DNA from: Nanobdellota archaeon
Lineage (GTDB): Archaea; Nanobdellota; Nanobdellia; Pacearchaeales; GW2011-AR1
DNA: 64,000 nt
Assembly: GCA_027334715.1 (NCBI GenBank)
Contig: DAHWUG010000001.1
Location: 211,322 to 275,321 of the forward strand
Reading direction: 5' to 3'
This document shows positions 1 through 9,170 of this stretch, in pieces. Position numbers and translations under genes: made by a program. Positions within the stretch are counted from its first letter, which is position 1, and every line of letters starts with the position of its first letter. The notes beneath the pieces were generated by a model. That model was not told the origin of the DNA and did not search any database. It saw nothing but the letters and a program-made list of their open reading frames with translations.

Positions 1-114
1 CAATAGATCAAAAGAAATCTTGGCTGGAATTAATGAGAATATCACCAAACACATCAGGGAGAAAATCAGCGGTTTTTGATTATTTTTAAGGATTCATGAT
101 TTGCCAATACAAAA

Positions 115-1254
115 ATGGGAACAAATAGGGGAATCAGCAAGGCTAAATCAGTTGTTTGCATATACTGCCATTCAAAAAAAGTAGTAAAGAACGGCCAGAG
201 AAAAGCAAAATTCCAGACAATCCAAAAATACCTGTGCAAGGAATGCAACAGGCACTTTCTTGACACTGAAAAAAGAGTGCCAAACAAAACTTATCCAACG
301 CAGACAATCCTTAGGGCAATTTCTTTTTACAACCTGGGATACAGCCAGCAAAAGGTTTCAAACATTATCTCAAAAAGATACAAAATCAAAGTTCCCCAAA
401 GGACAATAAGTCAGTGGCTCAGCGAATACAGAAATATCTGCACTTTTTATAAGATAAGAAAAGAAGCAACTAATTTTTATTCACCCGATGAAATAATAGA
501 GGATCATGTTCTCATGCATAACAATCTTCCATACAAGTTCCAGATTCATAAGGCAAAATTGCAGATTCTCTGCCAAAGCAAGGTTTACAACAATAAATTC
601 ACAGACAATTCAAAATTTTATCAGCCATTAAAATCTTATTTCGAAAGAATTCCCACAAAAGATTTTCCCAATCATATCTTTAGCCAGCATCATGACCGTG
701 GCCCAAACCAAACTCAAGAAAATAAATCAGATAAAACAAGCAAAGCAGGCGAAATAGGCAGATTAAGCCGCTCTTCTCAGTTAAAATTCAAGACACTTGA
801 CTTTGTAAAGCAGGAGAAATATAATCAGGCAAACAAACTTGCCTATCTGGCTTTAAACTTAGCAAGGAACAATAGGGAAAGGCACCAGTCAATCCAGGAT
901 TTCATGTTAATCAATGATTCAACAACAATCGCAACAGAAATCCCTGTTTATCTTACTAAAGATGACATAGCTTACTTCAAAGACAAGGGGTTTATTTTTA
1001 ATTTTGAAAGCTATCAAACCCCTATTACAGGGCACATTGATTTCCTGCAAGTAAGGAACGGAATAATCCACATTCTTGATTACAAACCTGGCGCAAACAA
1101 AGTAAATGCAGTCAACCAGCTGACAATCTATGCCTTGGCTTTGGCATCGCGGACAAAGCTTGCTGTAAAGGATTTCAAATGCGCATGGTTCGATGAAAAC
1201 AATTGCTATGAATTCTTCCCTTTGCATGTTGTGTACAAGTTAAGGGAAAAATAA
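115..1254 (+). CDS. N-terminal C4 zinc ribbon (CxxC...CxxC) plus HTH, with a C-terminal PD-(D/E)xK-like motif (GHIDF...ILDYK); transposase/nuclease-like
   Basis: CIYCHSKK..CKECNRHF zinc ribbon as in IS1/IS1595-type N-termini; HTH-like segment; C-terminal D...D-Y-K motif. Confidence 0.35.
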   Translation: MGTNRGISKAKSVVCIYCHSKKVVKNGQRKAKFQTIQKYLCKECNRHFLDTEKRVPNKTYPTQTILRAISFYNLGYSQQKVSNIISKRYKIKVPQRTISQWLSEYRNICTFYKIRKEATNFYSPDEIIEDHVLMHNNLPYKFQIHKAKLQILCQSKVYNNKFTDNSKFYQPLKSYFERIPTKDFPNHIFSQHHDRGPNQTQENKSDKTSKAGEIGRLSRSSQLKFKTLDFVKQEKYNQANKLAYLALNLARNNRERHQSIQDFMLINDSTTIATEIPVYLTKDDIAYFKDKGFIFNFESYQTPITGHIDFLQVRNGIIHILDYKPGANKVNAVNQLTIYALALASRTKLAVKDFKCAWFDENNCYEFFPLHVVYKLREK

Positions 1255-1271
1255 CGAAAAATGGATGCGAA

Positions 1272-1316
1272 TTGCCTCCCAGAACGAAACAAAACAGAAA
1301 TTTATCGAGAAGTGAC
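1272..1316. repeat. partial (3' half) copy of the cassette-boundary repeat
   Basis: tgcctcccagaacgaaacaaaacagaaatttatcgagaag aligns with the 3' half of the repeats at 2039, 3277 and 4421. Confidence 0.5.
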
Positions 1317-1402
1317 AGGAAGTGAAAAAACATAAGGAGCAGGATAATACAAGCAGGAAAAGCAAAAGAAAAATTTAAATAGTATCAATTGATATTATTA
1401 AA

Positions 1403-1684
1403 ATGGAAACAGTAAATAAAGGATTTGCAAGATCTCCTACACTTCAAACTGTTTTAATGGTGGAAAAGTTCATCGATGACAATAGCGGGGAATATAAAAA
1501 AACAGATTTATTCAAAAATCTTCCGCGAAAAGTCATGTGGCAGACTTTTCAGGTTATAATAAAATATCTTGAAAACACGCTAAAAATTGCTTATGACAGA
1601 GATGGCTATATTGTCTATATATGGAATCCAGAATTATACTCAAAATATAAAGACAGAAAAGATTTGGAATGGAATCCAAAGTAA
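1403..1684 (+). CDS. putative antitoxin partner, overlapping the downstream RelE/ParE-like toxin gene
   Basis: 93 aa; 16-nt overlap with the downstream toxin-like ORF in operon arrangement. Confidence 0.3.
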   Translation: METVNKGFARSPTLQTVLMVEKFIDDNSGEYKKTDLFKNLPRKVMWQTFQVIIKYLENTLKIAYDRDGYIVYIWNPELYSKYKDRKDLEWNPK

Positions 1685-1989
1685 TTTTTGCAGATACCAA
1701 TTTAAAAGAAGCTTTTGAAATGCTGAAATCAGAGGACAGCAGGCTGTTTAAGGAAATAGAAAATGCACTTAATACAATAAAACAAAATGCTTTCGCTGGA
1801 AGAAATGTTAAAAAAGAAATTATTCCAAGGTCTTTAATCCGGAAATATCAAATAGACAATCTCTGGATTTACAACCTAAGAAAAGATTGGAGATTACTTT
1901 ATACCATAACAAATAATGGGATAGCTGTTTTGGCAATAATTCTTGACTGGATGAATCATAAGGATTATGAGAGATTGTTCAAATTTTAA
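1669..1989 (+). CDS. RelE/ParE-family toxin-like protein
   Basis: C-terminal WRLLY...IAVLAIILDWMNHKDY resembles the RelE/ParE YRIIY...HRKDVY signature. Confidence 0.5.
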   Translation: MESKVIFADTNLKEAFEMLKSEDSRLFKEIENALNTIKQNAFAGRNVKKEIIPRSLIRKYQIDNLWIYNLRKDWRLLYTITNNGIAVLAIILDWMNHKDYERLFKF

Positions 1990-2038
1990 TAGTTTATATC
2001 CTAATTTCTATGAATTTTCCTGCTGATCGCAGACAGGT

Positions 2039-2118
2039 ATGACTGGAGAAACTGGGAAAACACCCTTGTTTCACAGAATGAGACAAAGATGCCTTTGATT
2101 GAGAAGAAATAGGAAAGA
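2039..2118. repeat. cassette-boundary repeat copy R1 (~80 nt)
   Basis: gcagacaggtatgactggagaaactggg...cacagaatgagacaaagatgcctttgattgagaagaa; about 85-90% identical to the copies at 3277 and 4421. Confidence 0.8.
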
Positions 2119-2188
2119 GTAGAGGGAAGACTAAATTAATGCATTAATAGAAAACTTTAAAAAGTATTTCTTATTATAATACATTAAT

Positions 2189-2521
2189 ATGGAAGAGGAA
2201 CTCTTAAAAAATATTGATGAATTTATTGATTCAGGAGATGATAACTTAAAAAAGAGGAGATATAATGCTGCGGTCTCTGATTTCTTTAAGGCAATTGTTG
2301 TCTGCTGTGATTTTATCATCTATAAGAATACAAAAATCCTACCCAAAAACCATAATGACAGATTCTCTTTATTGAAAAAATATTTCCCTGATATTTACAA
2401 GAATGTCTCTAATCTTTTTATTTTGTATACTAAATCTTATAACTTGCGTTTAAACGAAAAAGAAGCCATAAACACGAAAAATTATGCATATGAATTCAGA
2501 AATAAAGTCAATAAAAAATAA
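2189..2521 (+). CDS. HEPN-domain protein (partner of the MNT)
   Basis: YNAAVSDFFKAIVV...PKNHNDRFSLLKKYF is a typical HEPN partner of minimal nucleotidyltransferases; overlaps the next gene. Confidence 0.55.
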   Translation: MEEELLKNIDEFIDSGDDNLKKRRYNAAVSDFFKAIVVCCDFIIYKNTKILPKNHNDRFSLLKKYFPDIYKNVSNLFILYTKSYNLRLNEKEAINTKNYAYEFRNKVNKK

Positions 2522-3023
2522 GCTAAGCAGGATAATAGCAAAAGAGAGTATATTAGATGTTATCTTATTCGGATCTGCAATAAAAGGAAAACCCAACCCC
2601 CATGATATAGACATAGCAATAATAAGTGAAAATGAGGCAGATAGAGATATGCCATGCCCAGATGGATTTCATTTCAGTTTTTTGAAGCCTTTAGATTTTT
2701 TTAGGGAGAGACCCACTATTTTAAACACACTCTTTAGGGAAGGGTATAGCCTTAAATTCAAAAGGCCATTTTCAGAATTATATGGATTCAACAATAAAGC
2801 TCTTTTCTCTTATCAATTAAAAGGATTAAACAGCTCAAAGAAGGTTAAAATTGTAAATATTCTGAGGGGAAAAAAAGGTAAAAAGGGGTTGGTTGCCGAA
2901 AAAAACGGGAATTGGCTGGCTAACCAAATATTTACCGTGCCTATTGGCAATATGAATATTTTTGAAAAATTTTTTTTAAACTTTGAAATTAAATTTATTA
3001 AGTATTATGTATTAATGCATTAA
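2484..3023 (+). CDS. minimal nucleotidyltransferase (MNT)
   Basis: ILFGSAIKGKPNPHDIDIAII matches the GS...DxD NTase motif. Confidence 0.6.
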   Translation: MHMNSEIKSIKNKLSRIIAKESILDVILFGSAIKGKPNPHDIDIAIISENEADRDMPCPDGFHFSFLKPLDFFRERPTILNTLFREGYSLKFKRPFSELYGFNNKALFSYQLKGLNSSKKVKIVNILRGKKGKKGLVAEKNGNWLANQIFTVPIGNMNIFEKFFLNFEIKFIKYYVLMH

Positions 3024-3029
3024 TTTATA

Positions 3030-3281
3030 ATGAACAAAAACAGTAAAAAAACTAATATTTTAATTAGAAAAAAGCTTATTGGCGAAATAAGAAAATCGGG
3101 CATAAAAAGAATTAACCCCCAATCTATTTTTTTCTTGGATTCGTATATATTAAAAAAATTAAATGGAATTTTTAAAATCGCGAAGGATGAGCTTATAATC
3201 CAGGGAAAAGAGACACTAAATCCAAAGGATATAAAGAGAGTTTTAGATGCAGCTAAAAAAGAAGATTCTTTTGAAGTATGA
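3030..3281 (+). CDS. histone-fold (archaeal histone-like) small protein
   Basis: IRKSGIKRINPQS...GKETLNPKDIKRVLD parallels archaeal histone RI.K.AGAERVS...GRKTI..EDI. Confidence 0.4.
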   Translation: MNKNSKKTNILIRKKLIGEIRKSGIKRINPQSIFFLDSYILKKLNGIFKIAKDELIIQGKETLNPKDIKRVLDAAKKEDSFEV

Positions 3282-3348
3282 CTGGAGAAACTGGGAAAAT
3301 ACCCTTGCCTCACAGAATGAGACAAAGATGCCTTTGATTGAGAAGAAG
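3277..3348. repeat. cassette-boundary repeat copy R2
   Basis: begins at the stop codon of the upstream ORF (gtaTGActggagaaactggg...gagaagaag). Confidence 0.8.
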
Positions 3349-3412
3349 TGAGAAGAAAATATTTGTATATTCAATGGGAAAATATATAAACTACAGTTTA
3401 CATATGTAAACT

Positions 3413-3961
3413 ATGGTAAATCTATATAAACAAAAGTTAACAGTTCTTCAGCAGGAGATTTTAAGATTGTTGTTTATAAAAGCAGGAAAATCCCTAAATC
3501 AAAGACAGATTGCAAAAATTCTTGTAGTAACGCCTCCTGCAGTAGTAAAAGCTCTGCCGAAATTAGAGGAAGAAGGATTAATAAAAACTAATCAGGATAA
3601 GGAATCAAAAAGATGGTCTATATCCCTAAATTCAGACAATTATAAAGCAATCCAATTAAAGAGGGCAGATAATTTAAAGCAAGTTTATGAATCTGGACTG
3701 GCTGATTTCCTCCAGGAAAAATTTGCCGGCAGTTCAATCATATTATTCGGAAGCTATTCTAGAGGAGAGGATATTTTTAATTCAGACATAGACCTTGCTG
3801 TTATTGGCAGAACCAATAAAGACGTCGATTTATCAGAGTTCAGCAAAGCCTTAGGAAGGGAAATTTCTATTAATTTTTATGATTCTTTTGGGGAAATACA
3901 TAAAAATTTAAGAGAGAATATATTTAATGGGATTATGCTTTTTGGGGGCATAGAATTATGA
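3413..3961 (+). CDS. wHTH plus nucleotidyltransferase (MNT-type) protein
   Basis: IILFGSYSRGEDIFNSDIDLAVI; N-terminal HTH-like segment. Confidence 0.6.
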   Translation: MVNLYKQKLTVLQQEILRLLFIKAGKSLNQRQIAKILVVTPPAVVKALPKLEEEGLIKTNQDKESKRWSISLNSDNYKAIQLKRADNLKQVYESGLADFLQEKFAGSSIILFGSYSRGEDIFNSDIDLAVIGRTNKDVDLSEFSKALGREISINFYDSFGEIHKNLRENIFNGIMLFGGIEL

Positions 3962-4398
3962 AAATTGAAAAATTTGGCCAGTTTATTGAGGAAGGCATTG
4001 TTAAAAAACAAATTCCTGATAAATCCAGGGCAACATTTCTTATTAAAGAATCTGAAAGGCGGTTAAACTCGTTAAACGAGAAAATTGAGAAAATAAGGAT
4101 AAAAGACGAGAATGCAAATGATTATGTTGAGAATTGTTATGATATTTTGATGGTATTGGTTAGGGCCAAAATGCTAACAGAAGGATACAATGCTTCCGGG
4201 TTTGATGCGCATAAAGCAGAAGTTGCATATCTCACTGTCCTGGGATTTTCAGAGGCAGATATCCAATTTGCAGATCAGATGAGGGTCTTTAGAAATGGGA
4301 TGCTTTATTATGGAAAAAGGCTTGACAAAACTTATGCTGAAAAAACTATTGAATTTACAAAAAAGATTTATGCTGAATTGATGAAAACTTTCAGGTAA
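3958..4398 (+). CDS. HEPN-domain protein
   Basis: 4-nt overlap with the upstream NTase gene; HEPN-like helical protein with a conserved H in ...GFDAHKAEVAYL. Confidence 0.5.
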   Translation: MKIEKFGQFIEEGIVKKQIPDKSRATFLIKESERRLNSLNEKIEKIRIKDENANDYVENCYDILMVLVRAKMLTEGYNASGFDAHKAEVAYLTVLGFSEADIQFADQMRVFRNGMLYYGKRLDKTYAEKTIEFTKKIYAELMKTFR

Positions 4399-4420
4399 AT
4401 GTTATTTTTACAGGCTCACT

Positions 4421-4500
4421 GCAGACAGGTATGACCGGAGAAACTGGGGGAATACCCTTGCCTCACAGAATGAAACAAAAATGACACTTGTAGAAAAAAC
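4421..4500. repeat. cassette-boundary repeat copy R3
   Basis: gcagacaggtatgaccggagaaactggggg...cacagaatgaaacaaaaatgacacttgtagaaaaaac. Confidence 0.8.
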
Positions 4501-4513
4501 TTAAAAGAATAAA

Positions 4514-4795
4514 CTACTGATATTTTTTCTTGTAAATCTTGTCGTGATGTTCAAAATCTGTAAAAAAAACCGTATCACTTTTTTTGTCATATCTAAAAAC
4601 AAGAACAAAGGAACCTATATGCGTTCTCTTATAATCCTTCATATCGTATCTTAAATTTTTATAATGTTCAATATCAGATACCATTAAAATTTCATCCATT
4701 TTCCCGAGAAGGCTTTCAAAAAGGGTCTTATCTTTTCTCTTTAATTTATCAAGAACTCTATCAAAATTTTTACTATTCTTATAAACTCTTGGCAT
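4514..4795 (-). CDS. RelE/ParE-family toxin-like protein
   Basis: RTHIGSFVLVFRYDKKSDTVFFTDFEHHDKIY matches the RelE/YoeB-type C-terminal signature. Confidence 0.5.
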   Translation of the reverse strand: MPRVYKNSKNFDRVLDKLKRKDKTLFESLLGKMDEILMVSDIEHYKNLRYDMKDYKRTHIGSFVLVFRYDKKSDTVFFTDFEHHDKIYKKKYQ

Positions 4796-4797
4796 TT

Positions 4798-5043
4798 TTA
4801 CCTTTTCTCTATTATTGCTCTAAACTCTTCAATAGAATTAAAGGTTCTTCCATATCCTTCTTTCTCAATTTTCTTCAATTTTTCTATATACTCTGGTCTT
4901 AGCTCTGGCTCTAAAAAACTGTCTTCATAAACCTTTGCCAGCATAGCTATCGCCTGAGATTTGTTCTTAAGTCCGAATTTAGCCTTGACTATATTTAAGA
5001 TTCTGTCCTCATTTTCCCCAAGGTCAATTATGCTTTGTACCAT
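4798..5043 (-). CDS. putative antitoxin, upstream partner of the RelE-like toxin
   Basis: 81 aa ORF ending 3 nt before the toxin gene start. Confidence 0.4.
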   Translation of the reverse strand: MVQSIIDLGENEDRILNIVKAKFGLKNKSQAIAMLAKVYEDSFLEPELRPEYIEKLKKIEKEGYGRTFNSIEEFRAIIEKR

Positions 5044-5173
5044 TTTATTATGAAATATAATGAATTATAATGCTTATAAACTTTTTTATCCACCCTCTAT
5101 TTTATTACTCCCTTATAAGTGACAACAGCCACAAGGTTTAAATAGCCAGATTTTTATACTCAAATATATTAAA

Positions 5174-6889
5174 ATGGCGATGAAAAAAGGATTTTCAGGA
5201 AGAATAAGAAAAGGAATTGCAGCAGCTGCGCTTGGCCTTTCTGTATTAACCGGATATGCATGCAATAATGGTACCGAGCCAAAATACCCACCTGTCGCAA
5301 GCCTTTCTGCTTTCCCTTTATCAGGAATTTCTCCATTGGCAGACACTGTAAAATACAGCTGTGTAAGTCCAAGCAACAATCTGAGAAGCTCAACTTTGTA
5401 CAATAATGGAAATGTTGCTTCAACAAAAACATCGCTTGACACAGTAATAAATTTAACACAGAACGCTTCTTTTAGCTTAAAATGCATAGATAATGATGGA
5501 AAAACAGACAGTATAGGTCCTATAAGTGTCCAGGTTTTGCAACCATCAATTTCACAAACACTTTCCCTTCAAAATTACATTGACCTGCAATCAAATGTAA
5601 ACCTGCAAAACATTTCACAAGCAACAAGAAAAATAACAAAGAATGGAACAGCAATTGATTCTCTTACAAAAACAATAACAGGACCAAACTATCAGCAGAC
5701 TTTAAGCAAGATGCCTTCTGGCCAATATTGCTCTATTGTTGAAGCAGCCAATGTTAAGCCAGATACTGCATGCACAGATGTCCCTGTTTATGCCCCAATT
5801 GTCTACACTGGCAATGTCCAAAACATCTACACAGATGATTCAATAGAAGTTACAATAGACAGTGTTGTAAGCAGAAATCCTGAGGCAAATCCTGTTGCAA
5901 TAACAGGAGTAACGGATTTAGACAGCATTGTGCGCGCGAGCATGAATGGGAACCAGATGAAGATTTTATCTGGAGATTCTCTTGGAAATTATTCAATAGG
6001 AATAAACACAACAACAGCAACAGGAGCAACAAACCAATTTGTCTTCAACGGCAAGATAAGCCCTGACATTGTTGCTTTTTCAAGCATAATTCCCGGTCCA
6101 TGTGATAGTGCAGGAGTATGCCAACCACCTACTGAAGGCGATCAGGTTTATATAGACTCATTGAACGGGTCACCATCAATAAAACTTACTAACGGGATTC
6201 AAAATATTGTGCCTGCTTGGTCGCCTGATGGGACTAAGTTAGCGTATTTCTCTTCCGGAGGAGGTTTATTCTCTGTTTATACTATGAATTCAGATGGGAG
6301 TAGCCAAACAAGATTAGTCCAAACTAATCTTAATACAATGTACCCTTCCTGGTCGCCTGATGGGAAGAAAATTGTTTTTTCTTACACTGATTATTCGACA
6401 AAATCAGGCGATGGAGTAGTTAATACCAACGGAACAGGATTTTTGTCTTTATATGAAGAACCTTACAATGGTTCAGAACCATCATGCTTATTCTTCTCTC
6501 CTGACGGGACAAAAATCGCATTCGAGACATCTTATGGGCAAATAGACATAATGAATCAAGATGGGACAAATATAACTCAATTTACAAGTACTGGGTCGAA
6601 TGGAGGACCTAGATGGCTTCCAGATGGTTCGGGGTTGCTATTCATGTCAAACAGAGACAATCCAAATTTTGATATCTATAAAAAAACATTGACTGGAATT
6701 GTTACAAGATTGACAACAAATGTCGGAGCCATTGACCCAGATATTTTGCAGAATGGGAAAAAGATAATTTATGCTAAGATGGGGAGCTCGCAATTTTACA
6801 TAATAAATGCAGATGGAAGCGGGCCTGTCCAGACAGTTACTGTTCCAGGGCTGGCAAGATTCCCAACTTTCAGGCCAAGAATAAGATAA
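5174..6889 (+). CDS. secreted TolB-like beta-propeller repeat protein
   Basis: N-terminal signal and lipobox-like GYAC; repeated WSPDGTK(L/I)AF and SWSPDGKKIVF blades. Confidence 0.55.
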   Translation: MAMKKGFSGRIRKGIAAAALGLSVLTGYACNNGTEPKYPPVASLSAFPLSGISPLADTVKYSCVSPSNNLRSSTLYNNGNVASTKTSLDTVINLTQNASFSLKCIDNDGKTDSIGPISVQVLQPSISQTLSLQNYIDLQSNVNLQNISQATRKITKNGTAIDSLTKTITGPNYQQTLSKMPSGQYCSIVEAANVKPDTACTDVPVYAPIVYTGNVQNIYTDDSIEVTIDSVVSRNPEANPVAITGVTDLDSIVRASMNGNQMKILSGDSLGNYSIGINTTTATGATNQFVFNGKISPDIVAFSSIIPGPCDSAGVCQPPTEGDQVYIDSLNGSPSIKLTNGIQNIVPAWSPDGTKLAYFSSGGGLFSVYTMNSDGSSQTRLVQTNLNTMYPSWSPDGKKIVFSYTDYSTKSGDGVVNTNGTGFLSLYEEPYNGSEPSCLFFSPDGTKIAFETSYGQIDIMNQDGTNITQFTSTGSNGGPRWLPDGSGLLFMSNRDNPNFDIYKKTLTGIVTRLTTNVGAIDPDILQNGKKIIYAKMGSSQFYIINADGSGPVQTVTVPGLARFPTFRPRIR

Positions 6890-7162
6890 TTTTTTTAGCA
6901 CAGTCTTGTATTCCAAGCTGAACCCAGATTAATTAAAATAAACAATTACAGCATATTACAAATTTTATAATAGATTTTGTTATAAAAAGTATACAATTGT
7001 TTACTGAAAACTCCTTTGGTTTAACAACAAAACAAAATTTATAAATAACAAAACCCTAAAGACTTGATGAAAAAGAGTTGGGTGGAAAGGCAAAATAAAA
7101 TAGAAATAAATGATGCACAAATGGCTGTGTTTATTTTGACAGGTATCCGAGTCTGATCCACG

Positions 7163-7176
7163 GCTGGGCGCCCAGC
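7163..7176. other. perfect 14-bp GC-rich palindrome GCTGGGCGCCCAGC upstream of the pilin-like gene
   Basis: self-complementary 14-mer in an AT-rich intergenic region, ~35 nt before the 7210 ORF. Confidence 0.3.
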
Positions 7177-7209
7177 GCTTAAAATTAAAAATATGCAATA
7201 ACTTTAATA

Positions 7210-8952
7210 ATGATGAAAAAAGAGGGCAGGAAAAGTAAAGTTAGATTTATTTCTATAAACAAATCAGGAGACATTATTCTATCAAAAAAAGGGCTTTCAG
7301 AGATTGTTGCTACATTGATAATAATTCTCGTAACTTTGGTTGCTGTAGGAATTATCTGGGCAGTCATCAGCAACGTCATAAATTCAGGTACACAGCAGAT
7401 TGCATTAAACCAGTATAATGTTGACTTACAGATAACAAAGGCGCAAGTTTCTCCTGACAATACAAGCCTGCTAGTCTATGTGAAAAATGCAGGCCAGGGA
7501 GACTTTACAGGGATGGATTTTGTCTTCAATAACAGAACGAGCTCCCAAGTAATAAGGGTTAACTCAACGATAGTTCCTTTGCAGGAAAAAAGCTTCAGTT
7601 TCACATTTTCTGATATAAATATCACAAACCTGCAGACGATTTCAGTAGCTCCTTTTACAAAGATAAATTCTGGTCCGGGAACAGTTGGAGCAACAACAAG
7701 CACATTTGACATATCAAAGATTGTTGCGGCAGTTGTGACAGGTGGTCCGCTATTTCAAAAAGAGACTAGTTTTGAGAAAGGAGGCTTTTCAGGAGTTCAG
7801 TTAATAAGCTATTCTGTTTCCAGCGGATCAAACGGATTGCCAGTTTATCCTGAATTCAAAAATGCAACAGTAGATCCGCTTGATGTTTCTCCAGGCCAAA
7901 ACCAGACATACATTACAGTTGTTTATTCTCCTTACAATGTTACAAATGTTACTTCATTTACAGAACTGGACCACAGCAACCTTTCATTGACTTTCATAAA
8001 AATAGCAGATAACAATGCAGGAACATCAGTATGGTCTGTGAATTGGACAGCAAATGACACGCATCAGACAACATACTTGACATGGATTACTGCTGTAGAT
8101 TCTGCAGGAAACAAAAACAAACTTTCTCTTGGCTGGGCAGATACTGTTGATTGTGCTGGTTTGATCCCAATGACCGCAACAGGACCTTATGTAATAACTC
8201 AATCCTGTACCCTTACTACTAATGAAGTCGCGGGATTATCTTCTGGAACATTAACAATAGGCTCAGCAACAGGTCCAGTTACAGTTACTTTAAATTCTGG
8301 AACAAATCTTCTTACTGCAGGAGGGTTCAGCTTTTATAACTCTTCTTCTTCTTTGCAATTAGTCCAAACAGGAACACTCCCTTCAATTCATCCATCAGGC
8401 TACTTGTATTATTATGACACAGATGGCGATGGCTTTGCGAACAATGCAACAATGGTCTACAGCACAACTGCCCTTGGGGCAGGGTATACTTTAGCTACAA
8501 ATATTTTGGCAACTTCTGACTGCGACAACAACTTTTATTCAACTACATTGGGGGGCTGCGGGCTGTATAATGGAGTACACTCAGAAAGTCAGTGCACAAG
8601 CGCTGGAGGAACATTTTACACTAATGGTTTATCAGCTCCTAAAACAATAGGAGACTGCAAATTTTCAGGCAGCTCATGTCTTGGCGGCTGGACTGCTAAT
8701 GGGGATACTGCAACAAGTGCTAATACGTTCCTAGGAGTAGTTAGTCTTTCAAACCCATTTGCAAAAACAATAAGCGGGCCTCTTAATCTTGCATGCGCTT
8801 GCACTTCATGTACAACAGGAAGCCATGCTTTCCCAGGTTCTGGACAGGAAACATGCACATACCTGAATTGTAATCCTACTAATACCTGTCCTGCTCCTTC
8901 TCCTTCTTCTGGTACATGTTATGCTACTATTTCATATGTTGGATGTTATTAA
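7210..8952 (+). CDS. surface protein with an archaeal class-III (type IV pilin-like) signal peptide and a Cys-rich C-terminus
   Basis: KGLSEIVATLIIILVTLVAVGIIW hydrophobic N-terminus typical of archaeal pilin/flagellin-like prepilins. Confidence 0.5.
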   Translation: MMKKEGRKSKVRFISINKSGDIILSKKGLSEIVATLIIILVTLVAVGIIWAVISNVINSGTQQIALNQYNVDLQITKAQVSPDNTSLLVYVKNAGQGDFTGMDFVFNNRTSSQVIRVNSTIVPLQEKSFSFTFSDINITNLQTISVAPFTKINSGPGTVGATTSTFDISKIVAAVVTGGPLFQKETSFEKGGFSGVQLISYSVSSGSNGLPVYPEFKNATVDPLDVSPGQNQTYITVVYSPYNVTNVTSFTELDHSNLSLTFIKIADNNAGTSVWSVNWTANDTHQTTYLTWITAVDSAGNKNKLSLGWADTVDCAGLIPMTATGPYVITQSCTLTTNEVAGLSSGTLTIGSATGPVTVTLNSGTNLLTAGGFSFYNSSSSLQLVQTGTLPSIHPSGYLYYYDTDGDGFANNATMVYSTTALGAGYTLATNILATSDCDNNFYSTTLGGCGLYNGVHSESQCTSAGGTFYTNGLSAPKTIGDCKFSGSSCLGGWTANGDTATSANTFLGVVSLSNPFAKTISGPLNLACACTSCTTGSHAFPGSGQETCTYLNCNPTNTCPAPSPSSGTCYATISYVGCY

Positions 8953-9170
8953 TTTTTTAATTATAAACCTATATGTTCACATTCCCAATATATCTAATAT
9001 ATAAATTAAATTTTTATGCTGGAAAATTAGTTTTAAAGTAAATAATTGCTGTCTTTTTACCTAAAAACTAATAAGCATTATAAAAAATAATTTAGACTCT
9101 TGCTACAAAAAATAAACTTATTTGGAATGATTCTTGGTTATGATTACAGCAAGTGATAAAAGTATTACAT

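Noticed and set aside
66-287. 73-aa minus-strand ORF overlapping the start of the Zn-ribbon protein gene
   Set aside because: Antisense overlap with a longer, motif-bearing ORF; no features.
2039-4500. Interpretation of the cassette repeats as canonical integron attC sites
   Set aside because: Neither strand shows R'' RYYYAAC ... R' GTTRRRY cores or the expected extended imperfect palindrome. A GAAAC/GTTTC stem is only partly present and is not maintained by compensatory changes in copies 2 and 3. Kept as integron-like or MITE-like rather than called attC.
7139-7150. gacaggtat similarity to the start of the cassette repeat (gcagacaggtatgac)
   Set aside because: Only ~10 nt are shared and the rest of the element is absent.
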